A stretch of 64,000 nucleotides of DNA from an uncultured virus (IMG/VR IMGVR_UViG_3300003364_000021) (IMGVR_UViG_3300003364_000021:1-64000), one strand, 5' to 3'. Shown: positions 47,358-55,988, numbered from the stretch's first letter. Program-made: numbers and translations. The notes: generated by a model from the sequence alone, not told the origin.

Positions 47358-48421
47358 TGCCAAATAAATGCTGCCCAAACTGTTTTGGGGACCGTGGACT
47401 CGAAAAACACCTGTTTCAATTTCTGGCTACAGAATTGGCGAAAGGGGATTGTAATTATTGCGGAGACCCTTCGGACAAACTTGTTGAACCGTCGGAGCTT
47501 TCTGATGTTTTTGAGCTGCTAGTCGAATCTTATGAAGAAGCTGAAGGCGGTGTAAGTCTTGTGGCAAACTTCAAAAAGGACTGGGGGCTTTTCTCTCATG
47601 CCAAAATGGACGAAGCACACGCCAAAGAACTACTTTCCGATATTTTAGATGATGGAGAGATCGTTCGAAAGTCGTTTAGACCCTTGACCGCGCCGGATGA
47701 CTCTAAGGTCGGTGATTGGCTTGAACTTCGTCAAGAACTTCGCTTCAAGAATAGGTATTTTCTAGACGAAAAAATTAAGGAAGAACGGTTGAAGCTTTTG
47801 CTCGAGTTCTTGCTTTCAGCACCGCTAGAAAAGATCTGGTTTCGAGCCAGGATCTCGCCTGATAATCAGCCTTTCGATGCCCAATCGATGGGAGCGCCAC
47901 CAAAAGGTTCCGCTTCCCACGGAAGAGCCAACCCCGCAGGCATTCCGTATCTCTATCTTGCATCTGATGAGAACACAGCGATTTCGGAAATACGCCCTCA
48001 TACGGGTGAATTCGCGACCGTTGCAGAATTTGAGCTGCGTGAAGGACTTACAATCGTCGATTTACGATCACCTAAGACACTCGTCTCTCCTTTTATCTGT
48101 GGATCTTCCGATGAGATTGTTCAGCTTAGGGCAGACTTGCCGTTCCTAGAAAGTCTGGGCCACGAACTCACTCGTCCGGTGCTGCCCCGCAGCGCCGCAA
48201 CTGACTACGTTCCAAGTCAATATCTCTGCGAGTTTATAAAGAAAAAAGGATTTGACGGTGTACTTTATACGAGTTCTGTGGGGACGGGAAAGAACTTGGC
48301 CCTCTTCGATACCGAAGCGGCAAATTGCATACGAGTATCCGTTTTTAGTGTCGCTAGCGTTGCAGTCACCGCTCATGAGTTTCGCACACAGGTTCGCCCG
48401 TTGGAGCGCGTTGAAAATTAG
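47357..48421 (+). CDS. RES-domain protein with Cys-rich N-terminal domain
   Basis: CCPNC..CNYC; FRAR, GRAN...YLYL, EIRP, Y.PSQ, DGVLYTSS. Confidence 0.88.
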   Translation: MPNKCCPNCFGDRGLEKHLFQFLATELAKGDCNYCGDPSDKLVEPSELSDVFELLVESYEEAEGGVSLVANFKKDWGLFSHAKMDEAHAKELLSDILDDGEIVRKSFRPLTAPDDSKVGDWLELRQELRFKNRYFLDEKIKEERLKLLLEFLLSAPLEKIWFRARISPDNQPFDAQSMGAPPKGSASHGRANPAGIPYLYLASDENTAISEIRPHTGEFATVAEFELREGLTIVDLRSPKTLVSPFICGSSDEIVQLRADLPFLESLGHELTRPVLPRSAATDYVPSQYLCEFIKKKGFDGVLYTSSVGTGKNLALFDTEAANCIRVSVFSVASVAVTAHEFRTQVRPLERVEN

Positions 48422-48462
48422 AAATAGATCTGGGGCGCGATAGGCTCGGTTTTACACTCTCG

Positions 48463-48530
48463 GCGAATGTCCGGTGTGACGTTCCGGGTCGCAGCATCTG
48501 GGTTGATCGACGAACGGTCGCTTTGGGCCG
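48463..48530 (-). repeat. Cargo-flanking repeat, type 2
   Basis: Reverse complement aligns with 7354-7419. Confidence 0.6.
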
Positions 48531-48552
48531 GACGTCACAGTCACCAATTTCT

Positions 48553-48612
48553 AAAAACCCCGTTGCTGTAAACTTCACTGTAATTCACTGCAAACTTCGC
48601 TGTCACGCTACA
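48553..48612 (+). repeat. Right end of prophage 1
   Basis: CTGTAAACTTCA-CTGTAATTCA-CTGCAAACTTCG-CTGTCACGCTACA. Confidence 0.85.
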
Positions 48613-48617
48613 ACAGT
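48613..48617. repeat. 5-bp target-site duplication ACAGT (right copy)
   Basis: Identical to 3919-3923. Confidence 0.85.
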
Positions 48618-49061
48618 TGTAGGGTTACACTCTAGTTTACAGTCATGCCGGAAGACCCAGAATGAGGCGGGATGAAGCCGGATAGGTCAATGAAATAAGG
48701 CATATTTCTGCGCGGACGCGGGGCTGCGGTTGGCATGGGTGAAGTTTGCAGTAAAGTGCGAGAAGCGGGCGAAAACGGCGATGTTGGCGTTTTCGGGGCC
48801 ACTGCGAACTGCGAAGCGCAAAATGTGCGAAACCCTATTGAAATATGGTTCAAACGGCTCTGAGAGGGGTGTTTAAGGGGGCATTTAACGGCCCCCGGCA
48901 CGTCCGGAACTGGGACCAAGTCCGCCCAGTTCTAATTTGCCGTCCCACTTCCATGTTTCCGCTAATGAAATCAAATACATAGAGATTTCTGAAGTAGGAT
49001 AAACGGAGAATAGAAGTGGGACGGTTTTTCTAGGCCTAAGGAACGCTAAAAGGTAGGTTCT

Positions 49062-49439
49062 TCAACGCGCATGAAGCTCACCGCGTTCACACGACCCGGC
49101 CCAGTCTGACGCAAATCCGTCGATCACTTCACGATAGACATCAGTTGGCATCGTGCCTCCCTTAACCATTATGGGGCGGCCATAGGCATCGCGGATAATC
49201 CGTTCATAAACTGAACGCTGCGACGCAGTACGAAAAACACTTGGGCTGGTGTATTCTTGTAAAGTCTCTTCGAGAGACACCAGCCCGTACTGGCTACTAC
49301 CGATTGCAACGCGGGCCACGAGAAATACAAGTTGGCAGTCGCCCTCATAGTCTTGATGGCTAACTTGCGCCGACGCAGAGTACGGGGCGGCGGCCACAAA
49401 CATCGCCGTAAGAGCGGCACGGCATAGAAGCGTTCGCAC
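49062..49439 (-). CDS. Secreted hypothetical protein
   Basis: GGAGG RBS plus GTG; signal peptide ending ASA-Q. Confidence 0.55.
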   Translation of the reverse strand: MRTLLCRAALTAMFVAAAPYSASAQVSHQDYEGDCQLVFLVARVAIGSSQYGLVSLEETLQEYTSPSVFRTASQRSVYERIIRDAYGRPIMVKGGTMPTDVYREVIDGFASDWAGSCERGELHAR

Positions 49440-49512
49440 GTTGAAACCTCCAAGTTTATCGTTGTGGCCTACCACGCATGTGCCGGTCAGGCAATGTCGC
49501 CCAGGATACGAC

Positions 49513-49983
49513 TTAGGGATCAACGGAATTGTGCAGGCGGGTTTTAAGCAGTTGCCGGATGTCCGGCAGCAGAGCCTCTAGCTCGTCGCCGTCCTCGGGA
49601 TTTTCCATGCGCGAGAGCAGCTCGTTGTAGAACCATACGCCTTCCTTAAAATGCGTATCGCTAGGAAGGTCGAGGCCGAGATCGGCGTAGACCTTGCGGA
49701 CTTCCGTTCCGCAGATCATCAGGATCATCGGATCGAGGCGCGCGCGCGTTGGCGGTGGCGGTTCGGCGGCGACGGGGTCGCCTTCGCCATAGAGAATGTA
49801 ATCGGCTCGCAGGCCAAAGCGCCCTTGCAGCCGGATCAGGAAGTTGCGCGACGGTTCGCTCCGTCCGGCTTCGATATCACCAATATATCCTTGGCTCACC
49901 TCCATCGTAGAACCAAGGGCGCGTTGGGACAGCCCCTGCTTCTTTCTCCAGAGCGCAAGCCTTTTACCGGGATCCGCTGACAT
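49513..49983 (-). CDS. XRE-family HTH repressor without S24 domain
   Basis: RKKQGLSQRALG...SQGYIGDIEAGRSEPS. Confidence 0.85.
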   Translation of the reverse strand: MSADPGKRLALWRKKQGLSQRALGSTMEVSQGYIGDIEAGRSEPSRNFLIRLQGRFGLRADYILYGEGDPVAAEPPPPTRARLDPMILMICGTEVRKVYADLGLDLPSDTHFKEGVWFYNELLSRMENPEDGDELEALLPDIRQLLKTRLHNSVDP

Positions 49984-49997
49984 TCTGATAAAACCTA

Positions 49998-50052
49998 TTG
50001 ACATGAACGTATTTCACGTTCAAAACTAAGCTTGAACGTGAAATACGGTCAT
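49998..50052. promoter_or_regulatory. Prophage 2 switch: TTGACA plus two palindromic operators
   Basis: TGAACGT-N5-ACGTTCA-type sites at 50003-50023 and 50032-50052, forming a 21-bp inverted repeat with one mismatch. Confidence 0.75.
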
Positions 50053-50078
50053 TTTGTGACCTACTAGGGAAAAAGCAT

Positions 50079-50339
50079 ATGACAGAAAAAGTCACAACAA
50101 TCCAGCCGGGACCCGTCTTCTATGACGTGTTCCTAGGGTATCTGCGGGTGATCGGCACCAACCTGAAGGATTGGTGCGTGCCGCATGGGGTGACGCCGAC
50201 CAATGCCAAGAGCGCTGCCACCGGCGGATGGAACGGGACCAAGGCCCGCGCCCTGCGCCAAAAGATGCTTGACGAGGTGGGCGAGGAGACCTTTGCGCGG
50301 CTCTATGCCGACCGCATGCGGCGGGAGGACGCCGCATGA
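50079..50339 (+). CDS. Ner/Cro-position protein
   Basis: Divergent from repressor; LR..G..L..WC...GV. Confidence 0.7.
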   Translation: MTEKVTTIQPGPVFYDVFLGYLRVIGTNLKDWCVPHGVTPTNAKSAATGGWNGTKARALRQKMLDEVGEETFARLYADRMRREDAA

Positions 50340-50539
50340 GCGGTATCAAGCTAGGCCGTGGCATGCGTGGGCGACTACGCGAAGTGCGCGACCCCGAACG
50401 CAACCTTCCTCCGGGCAGCGGCCTTGCTATCGCTATGATGCTCGCGTTCGTCTTCTGGGCCGTGGTCGCTTTCGGCCTGTCCTATGGGGTGCTGAGCCGA
50501 GACGCCGCCCCTGAAACACCCCCTTCAACACAGGATTAA
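50336..50539 (+). CDS. Small membrane protein
   Basis: Homolog of 11854. Confidence 0.55.
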   Translation: MSGIKLGRGMRGRLREVRDPERNLPPGSGLAIAMMLAFVFWAVVAFGLSYGVLSRDAAPETPPSTQD

Positions 50540-50543
50540 TGCG

Positions 50544-50771
50544 ATGCGGATTTCCGATCTGATCCCCGACGCGGGCCAGTTGCAGGCCGAGATCGCGGCC
50601 ATCCCGCAAGTGCAGCGTGTGGCGCTGGCCTTGCAGCTGGTACGCGACATCGACGAGCCCTGCTGTGCGCTGCCGTTGATGCGCCTGAGCCGCTTGGCAG
50701 AGGATCATCACCTGTCGATCCGCAAGGAAGCGTTCATGCGGGAAAATGACCTGCGGAGGGTGCATCGTTGA
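50544..50771 (+). CDS. Phage early hypothetical protein
   Basis: Homolog of 12024. Confidence 0.65.
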   Translation: MRISDLIPDAGQLQAEIAAIPQVQRVALALQLVRDIDEPCCALPLMRLSRLAEDHHLSIRKEAFMRENDLRRVHR

Positions 50772-50956
50772 AACCCCTGTTCAAACCCGTTTCCAAGATC
50801 CGCGCGCGTGCTGGCCTGTGCGCTGCGCGGTACCTGCGCCCCGGCTGTGCCCAGTCTGCTTGCTCCGGCCGGGGTGCTTTTTCTGTCATCGGCGATGTGG
50901 TGGGAGTGCTGGCGCTGTTCGTCCTGCTCTTCGGCGTCGCGTGCTTTGGAGGGTGA
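50768..50956 (+). CDS. Phage early hypothetical membrane protein
   Basis: Homolog of 12233. Confidence 0.5.
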   Translation: MKPLFKPVSKIRARAGLCAARYLRPGCAQSACSGRGAFSVIGDVVGVLALFVLLFGVACFGG

Positions 50957-50960
50957 TCGC

Positions 50961-51224
50961 ATGAGCCTGCATGTTCAAAAAACGGGCCGCGGCTACGCCG
51001 TTTTCGACGGCAAGGAGCGCGTGTCCGGCACGTTCAGCAACCGCGATATCGCCCTGCGCGCCCAAGACCGGATGGACGTCGAGGCGGTTAAGTCACAGCA
51101 CGCCCGCAACCGTCCTTGCCTCACCTGCGGCACCGAGTTCTGGTCGACGGGGCTGGGGCACCGCATGTGTGGCAACTGCCGTTCCGGTTGCGCCGGGCTC
51201 GATGCTCAGATGCTGGGCTGCTGA
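50961..51224 (+). CDS. Zn-finger hypothetical protein
   Basis: Homolog of 12427. Confidence 0.7.
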   Translation: MSLHVQKTGRGYAVFDGKERVSGTFSNRDIALRAQDRMDVEAVKSQHARNRPCLTCGTEFWSTGLGHRMCGNCRSGCAGLDAQMLGC

Positions 51225-51448
51225 TGCACCACGCGCCGCTCACCTCGCCCCGCCTGCAACGGGTTCTGGCCGTCCTCAAGGACGGTCGCCCGCATACCAC
51301 GCGCGAGATCGTGCGCCGGGCGCATGTGGTGGCGGTGAACAGTTGCATTTCTGAACTGCGCGCGAACGGGGCGGAAATCCTCTGCACCCGCGAACGGAAA
51401 GGCGACCGGCTGATCTGCCGGTACACAATGACGAAGGCCCCAGAATGA
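51224..51448 (+). CDS. Winged-HTH hypothetical protein
   Basis: TTREI...ISELRANG; absent from prophage 1. Confidence 0.6.
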   Translation: MHHAPLTSPRLQRVLAVLKDGRPHTTREIVRRAHVVAVNSCISELRANGAEILCTRERKGDRLICRYTMTKAPE

Positions 51449-51657
51449 CCAAAACAGACAAATTGCACAAATTTGACAATCTCGCTCAGCTTGCCTTGGA
51501 AAAGGCCAATGCGATCAGGTTCGTTGCGCGCCAGCTGGCGAACGGGGACCCCTTGTACATGGCCCTCCCAGACGTGCCGGTTTTCCTGATCAAGAGCGAT
51601 ATCGAAGCGCTTAAGGGGATACTAGAGGCCCTCGAAAAGGCGCTCGACAATGAGTGA
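51445..51657 (+). CDS. Hypothetical protein
   Basis: Coupled ORF; absent from prophage 1. Confidence 0.55.
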   Translation: MTKTDKLHKFDNLAQLALEKANAIRFVARQLANGDPLYMALPDVPVFLIKSDIEALKGILEALEKALDNE

Positions 51658-52522
51658 AATGCGCCTGATCGAGACACGGGAGATGGCTGTTGCTGAAATC
51701 GTCATAGAGGACCGGCTGCGTCCTGTAGACGAGGTTGGTATCTCGGCCATCCTCATGACAATCGACGAAGGTGGCTCTACCACCGATCCGATTGATGTGC
51801 GCCGCGTACGACGCAAAGGCACCGTAGTCTATCGCCTTATTGACGGCGCGCATCGGATTGAGGTCGCAAAGCGGCTCGGGAACGTCACGATCCTTGCGTC
51901 TGTCTACGACGGGACGGACGCCGATGCCCGCCTTATGGAGATCGAGCGCAATCTGGCCCGTGCTGAGATGAAGCCGATAGATCGCGCGGTCTTTCTGCTG
52001 GAGTACAAAGAGGCGTACGAAAAGAAGCACCCCGAAGCCCGCGCGGCGATTGGTGAGGCTCTTGTTGCCAAGCGGTGGGATACGACGGGCACGATGCCCG
52101 TCGTATCTTTCGCCGTGAAAGTCGGGCAAATGACGGGACAGGATGAGAGCACGGTTCGGCGTCAGATCAGGGCTGTGAAGGCTCTGGAGGCGGATGAAGT
52201 TCGTGCAATCCAGTTGGCACCCCAATACCTCGGATACAAGGATATAGCAGAAATCGGCAAGATTTCTGATCCTGGAGAACGTAGCGAAGTCATGAAGGCG
52301 CTCTCTTCCGGGGAGGCAAAGACAGTCAACGCTGCCCGTAAGGCTTACCGTGTTGCACGGGGCGAAGCCCCGGCCCCGGCAAGTCCCAAGGACGCAACCC
52401 TGTCACGCCTCTTGGACGCATGGGACCGCGCGGGCAAGCGCGAGCGCATGGCGTTTCTGGAGGAGCGCGGCGCGGAGGTTGCGACGCTGTTCGGGGAACT
52501 TGACCAAGGGGATGCAGCATGA
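51650..52522 (+). CDS. ParB/Srx N-terminal domain protein
   Basis: LIDGAHRI; ARLMEIERNL.R. Confidence 0.85.
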   Translation: MSEMRLIETREMAVAEIVIEDRLRPVDEVGISAILMTIDEGGSTTDPIDVRRVRRKGTVVYRLIDGAHRIEVAKRLGNVTILASVYDGTDADARLMEIERNLARAEMKPIDRAVFLLEYKEAYEKKHPEARAAIGEALVAKRWDTTGTMPVVSFAVKVGQMTGQDESTVRRQIRAVKALEADEVRAIQLAPQYLGYKDIAEIGKISDPGERSEVMKALSSGEAKTVNAARKAYRVARGEAPAPASPKDATLSRLLDAWDRAGKRERMAFLEERGAEVATLFGELDQGDAA

Positions 52523-54645
52523 CAGGCCCGGCCCCTGCGCAGGAATGGTGGAGCGCGGCAGAGCTGGCGGAGGCCGGGCTTCCGGATCTCCCGAGCACAA
52601 AGCGCAAGATCAACGAACTGGCACAGCGTGATGGCTGGGCGCGACACGCGGGGAAGGCCCGGCGGCGCAAGGGGGTAGGCGGCGGCATCGAATATCACTG
52701 GAGCGTTCTGCCATTGCGCGCCCGCATGCGGCTAAGTTCCAGCCTGGTCAAAACCGCACCCGTTCAGCAGGGGCAAGACGCGGCATGGGATCGATATGCG
52801 GCGGCGGGTGACAAGGCCCGCGCTGAAGCCGAGGCGCGGCTGGCAGCCATCGCCGAGGTCGAGTTACTGGAAGGGGCCGGGCTGACACGGTCGGCGGCGG
52901 TGCGGGAGGTCGCACGCAAGTCGGGACGCGCCGAGAAATCGCTCTGGAATTATCTCTCGCACATCGAGGGCGTCGCACGCGCCGACCGGCTGGCCTATCT
53001 GATCGACGGGCGGGCGTTGCGGCGGGCACAAGGATCCCGACTGGATACAGACCCGGCCTTTCTGGCGCTCGTGCGCAGTGACTGGCTGCGCCCGTCCCAG
53101 CCCTCTCTCACAAGCTGCTATGACCGTGCAGTGCGCGTCTGGACGTCCGAGCGACGCAACAGTGTCGTGCCGCCGCTGCATCAGGTGCGGCGCTGGCTCA
53201 AGTCCAGCGTATCGGCCCCCACTGAAATCTACTTGCGCAGGGGCGAAGAGGCATTGCGCCGCCTCTATCCCGCGCAGGTCCGCAGCAAGGCATTCATGAC
53301 CCCGCTCGAATGCGTGCAGGGCGACTATCACAAGTTCGACGTCTTCGTGGACTGGCCCGGCTACGACAAGCCCGTGCGCCCGCAGATGATGGTCTGGTCG
53401 GACGTCTATTCCGGCAAACTCTTGGCGTGGCGACTATCCCCGACGGCCAACAGCCACACCGTGCAGCTGGTGACCGGCGATCTGATCCGGACCTATGGCA
53501 TCCCGCAGTCGGTTCTGATCGACAACGGCCGGGAATTCGCCGCCAAGGCGATGACGGGCGGCACGCCGACCCGGTTTCGGTTCAAGATCACCGACGAAGA
53601 TATCCCCGGCCTCCTTCCGCTCCTAGGTGTCGAAATCCATTGGGCCACGCCCTATTCGGGGCAATCCAAGCCCATCGAGCGCGCGTTTCGCGATCTCTGC
53701 GACCGGGTGGCCAAGCACCCGGCCTTTGACGGGGCCTATACCGGCAACAGACCGGAAGCCAAACCGGAGGACTATGGCTCCCGCGCCGTCCCGCTCGACG
53801 AGTTCCGCCTCGTATTGGAGGATGAGCTCGAGCATCACAACGCCCGGCCCGGGCGGCGCAGTGAAGTGGCCATGGGACGCTCGTTCAATGAGGTGTTCAA
53901 CGCGGGCTATGCCAAGGCGACAGTCAAGCGCGCGACGGACGAACAGCTGCGCATGTGGCTCCTGCGCGCCGAGGGCGTGCGGGCCAAGACCGGAAACGGC
54001 GCGCTGAAGCTCTATGACACGGAATACTGGTCAGAGTGGATGTACCGGATCGCAGGCGAAAAGGTGGTTGCGCGGTTCGACGCGGATGATTTGGGAGCCG
54101 GGCTCGAGGTCTATGATCTCACGGGCCGCTATTTGGGCCATGCCGCCTGTCTCGAGGCCGCCAAATTCATCGACGTCGAAGCCGCACGCGACCATGCGCG
54201 CAAGCGCGGGGCGTGGGCGAAGGCACAGAAGGCCGAGGCCAAGGCTGCGCGCGAGTTGACGGCAGCCGAGGTGGCAGCGCGGGTGCGTGCGGCCTCTGGC
54301 CTCGCAGCCAGTGAACCCTTGCCAGAAGCGCAAGTTCATCAGCTGGTGACGCCGCACGCCGCCGCACCCAAGCGGCGTCGGCGCGCTCAAAGTGCCGAGG
54401 AGGTCGAGCATCTGGCCGAGATCGAGGCCCGCGTGATGCGGCTTGAGGAGCACCGCGTGCGGCCCGCCGAGCCCGCCGACGACGATCCCGAAATCATGTT
54501 CGCCCGCGCCCGCGTCCTTGAGCGCGCACAGGCGGACGGAGAGGCGCTGACACAGGCGCAGGCCGACTGGCTGGCCGACTATCAGCAGAGTTCAGACTAT
54601 CGCGCCAAACTACGCATGGCGCGTCTCTTTGGCACCCAAGAATAA
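52519..54645 (+). CDS. Mu-like DDE transposase (MuA)
   Basis: Closely similar to 13520-15643. Confidence 0.95.
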   Translation: MTGPAPAQEWWSAAELAEAGLPDLPSTKRKINELAQRDGWARHAGKARRRKGVGGGIEYHWSVLPLRARMRLSSSLVKTAPVQQGQDAAWDRYAAAGDKARAEAEARLAAIAEVELLEGAGLTRSAAVREVARKSGRAEKSLWNYLSHIEGVARADRLAYLIDGRALRRAQGSRLDTDPAFLALVRSDWLRPSQPSLTSCYDRAVRVWTSERRNSVVPPLHQVRRWLKSSVSAPTEIYLRRGEEALRRLYPAQVRSKAFMTPLECVQGDYHKFDVFVDWPGYDKPVRPQMMVWSDVYSGKLLAWRLSPTANSHTVQLVTGDLIRTYGIPQSVLIDNGREFAAKAMTGGTPTRFRFKITDEDIPGLLPLLGVEIHWATPYSGQSKPIERAFRDLCDRVAKHPAFDGAYTGNRPEAKPEDYGSRAVPLDEFRLVLEDELEHHNARPGRRSEVAMGRSFNEVFNAGYAKATVKRATDEQLRMWLLRAEGVRAKTGNGALKLYDTEYWSEWMYRIAGEKVVARFDADDLGAGLEVYDLTGRYLGHAACLEAAKFIDVEAARDHARKRGAWAKAQKAEAKAARELTAAEVAARVRAASGLAASEPLPEAQVHQLVTPHAAAPKRRRRAQSAEEVEHLAEIEARVMRLEEHRVRPAEPADDDPEIMFARARVLERAQADGEALTQAQADWLADYQQSSDYRAKLRMARLFGTQE

Positions 54646-54663
54646 GAAGAAAAGGAGAGCAGA

Positions 54664-55461
54664 ATGACACCCTCTATTGCGCCCCTGCGGAATGTCGCGG
54701 CGCTGATTGGCCTGGTCGAACGAGTTCAGACCCGCGCCTTTGGTCTGCCCGGCATGGCCACGTTCTACGGCCCCTCCGGCTGGGGCAAGACTACCGCCGT
54801 GACGGTCGCGGCCAACGAGTATCAGGCCCATGTTGTCCAGGTCAAAGACTGCTGGACACCGACGTATTTCGCGCAGGCAGTTTTGCGGGAGATTGGCCTT
54901 ACGCCGGTGCGCGGCGTGCCCGCGATGGTGGACGCCATCGGCGCGCAGCTCGCCCGGACCGACCGGCCGCTCATCATCGATGACGCGCAATATCTCCTGC
55001 GCAAGCGGATGATCGAGCTTGCCCGCGACATCTACGAGAGCAGTCAGGCCCCGATTATTCTGGTCGGTGAGGAAAAGTTGCCGCAGGATTTGACCCGCTG
55101 GGAGAACATTCACAACCGGCAACTTGCATGGGAGCCCGCTCTTGCCTGCAATATCAGCGACGCGCAGAAGCTGGCCTCGATCTATGCGGCCGGCATCGAC
55201 GTCGCGGACGATCTTCTGACCTCCATCGTTGACGCCTCGGGCGGCTCGATCCGTCGCGTGGCGATCAACCTCGCACGTGCCAAGGAACTCGCCCACGGGC
55301 GGGGTCGCCGGTTGGCGGATCTTGATCTATGGGGCAACCGGGTCTTCGAGACAGGCCAGCCTCCGGCAGTACGTCGCGTCGATGATTTCCGCCCGGCGGC
55401 GGCGCGTGGTCCGGATACGGTCGTGCCGCTTGGGCCGGGCGGAAAGGCGGTGCGCGCATGA
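54664..55461 (+). CDS. MuB-like AAA+ ATPase
   Basis: GPSGWGKT, LIIDDAQ. Confidence 0.9.
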   Translation: MTPSIAPLRNVAALIGLVERVQTRAFGLPGMATFYGPSGWGKTTAVTVAANEYQAHVVQVKDCWTPTYFAQAVLREIGLTPVRGVPAMVDAIGAQLARTDRPLIIDDAQYLLRKRMIELARDIYESSQAPIILVGEEKLPQDLTRWENIHNRQLAWEPALACNISDAQKLASIYAAGIDVADDLLTSIVDASGGSIRRVAINLARAKELAHGRGRRLADLDLWGNRVFETGQPPAVRRVDDFRPAAARGPDTVVPLGPGGKAVRA

Positions 55462-55988
55462 GCGACCTCTTTGCGCAGATGTGGGCAGAGGTGAAAGGCC
55501 TCGAGGAGTTCGACTGGGCCGAGGTGGCCCGGCGCGGGTGCAGCCGCGAGACCGCCGTCCGCTATATCCGCCACTGGATGGACGCAGGCCAGATCCGCGT
55601 GACGCGGATCGCGCGTAATGGCAAGCGCTGGTATGCCCCGGCCCATATGCCCCAGCCCGGCCCACAGCCGGTTACAGGCGAGGCCACGCCCGAGGGCAAC
55701 ATGTGGCGGGCCATGCGCCATCTGCGCCATTTCAACCCGACCGATGTGGCGGCCCATGCCAATGCCGGGGGCGTCGAGGTCACTGTCGAGAAGGCCCGTG
55801 CCTATTGCCGCCAGCTACTGGCCTCCAACCACCTGAAGGTACGCCAGACGGCCATCCCCGGCCGTCGTGAGGCGCTCTACCAGATAATCGAGGATACTGG
55901 CCCACGTGCCCCCAAGCCCGTGCGATTGGCGGGCATCCTTGATCCCAACACGGGCGATTTCAGCCCGGCGAAAGGCGGTGCGGCATGA
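55458..55988 (+). CDS. Phage hypothetical protein
   Basis: Homolog of 16456. Confidence 0.7.
   Translation: MSDLFAQMWAEVKGLEEFDWAEVARRGCSRETAVRYIRHWMDAGQIRVTRIARNGKRWYAPAHMPQPGPQPVTGEATPEGNMWRAMRHLRHFNPTDVAAHANAGGVEVTVEKARAYCRQLLASNHLKVRQTAIPGRREALYQIIEDTGPRAPKPVRLAGILDPNTGDFSPAKGGAA

Larger units (their letters stand above)
3924..48612 (+). mobile_element. Mu-like transposable prophage 1 (siphovirus-type tail), apparently complete
   Basis: TGTAG...CTACA termini flanked by ACAGT; repressor, MuA, MuB, gemA, mor, lysis, terminase, portal, head, tail, com/mom-like in Mu order. Confidence 0.92.
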
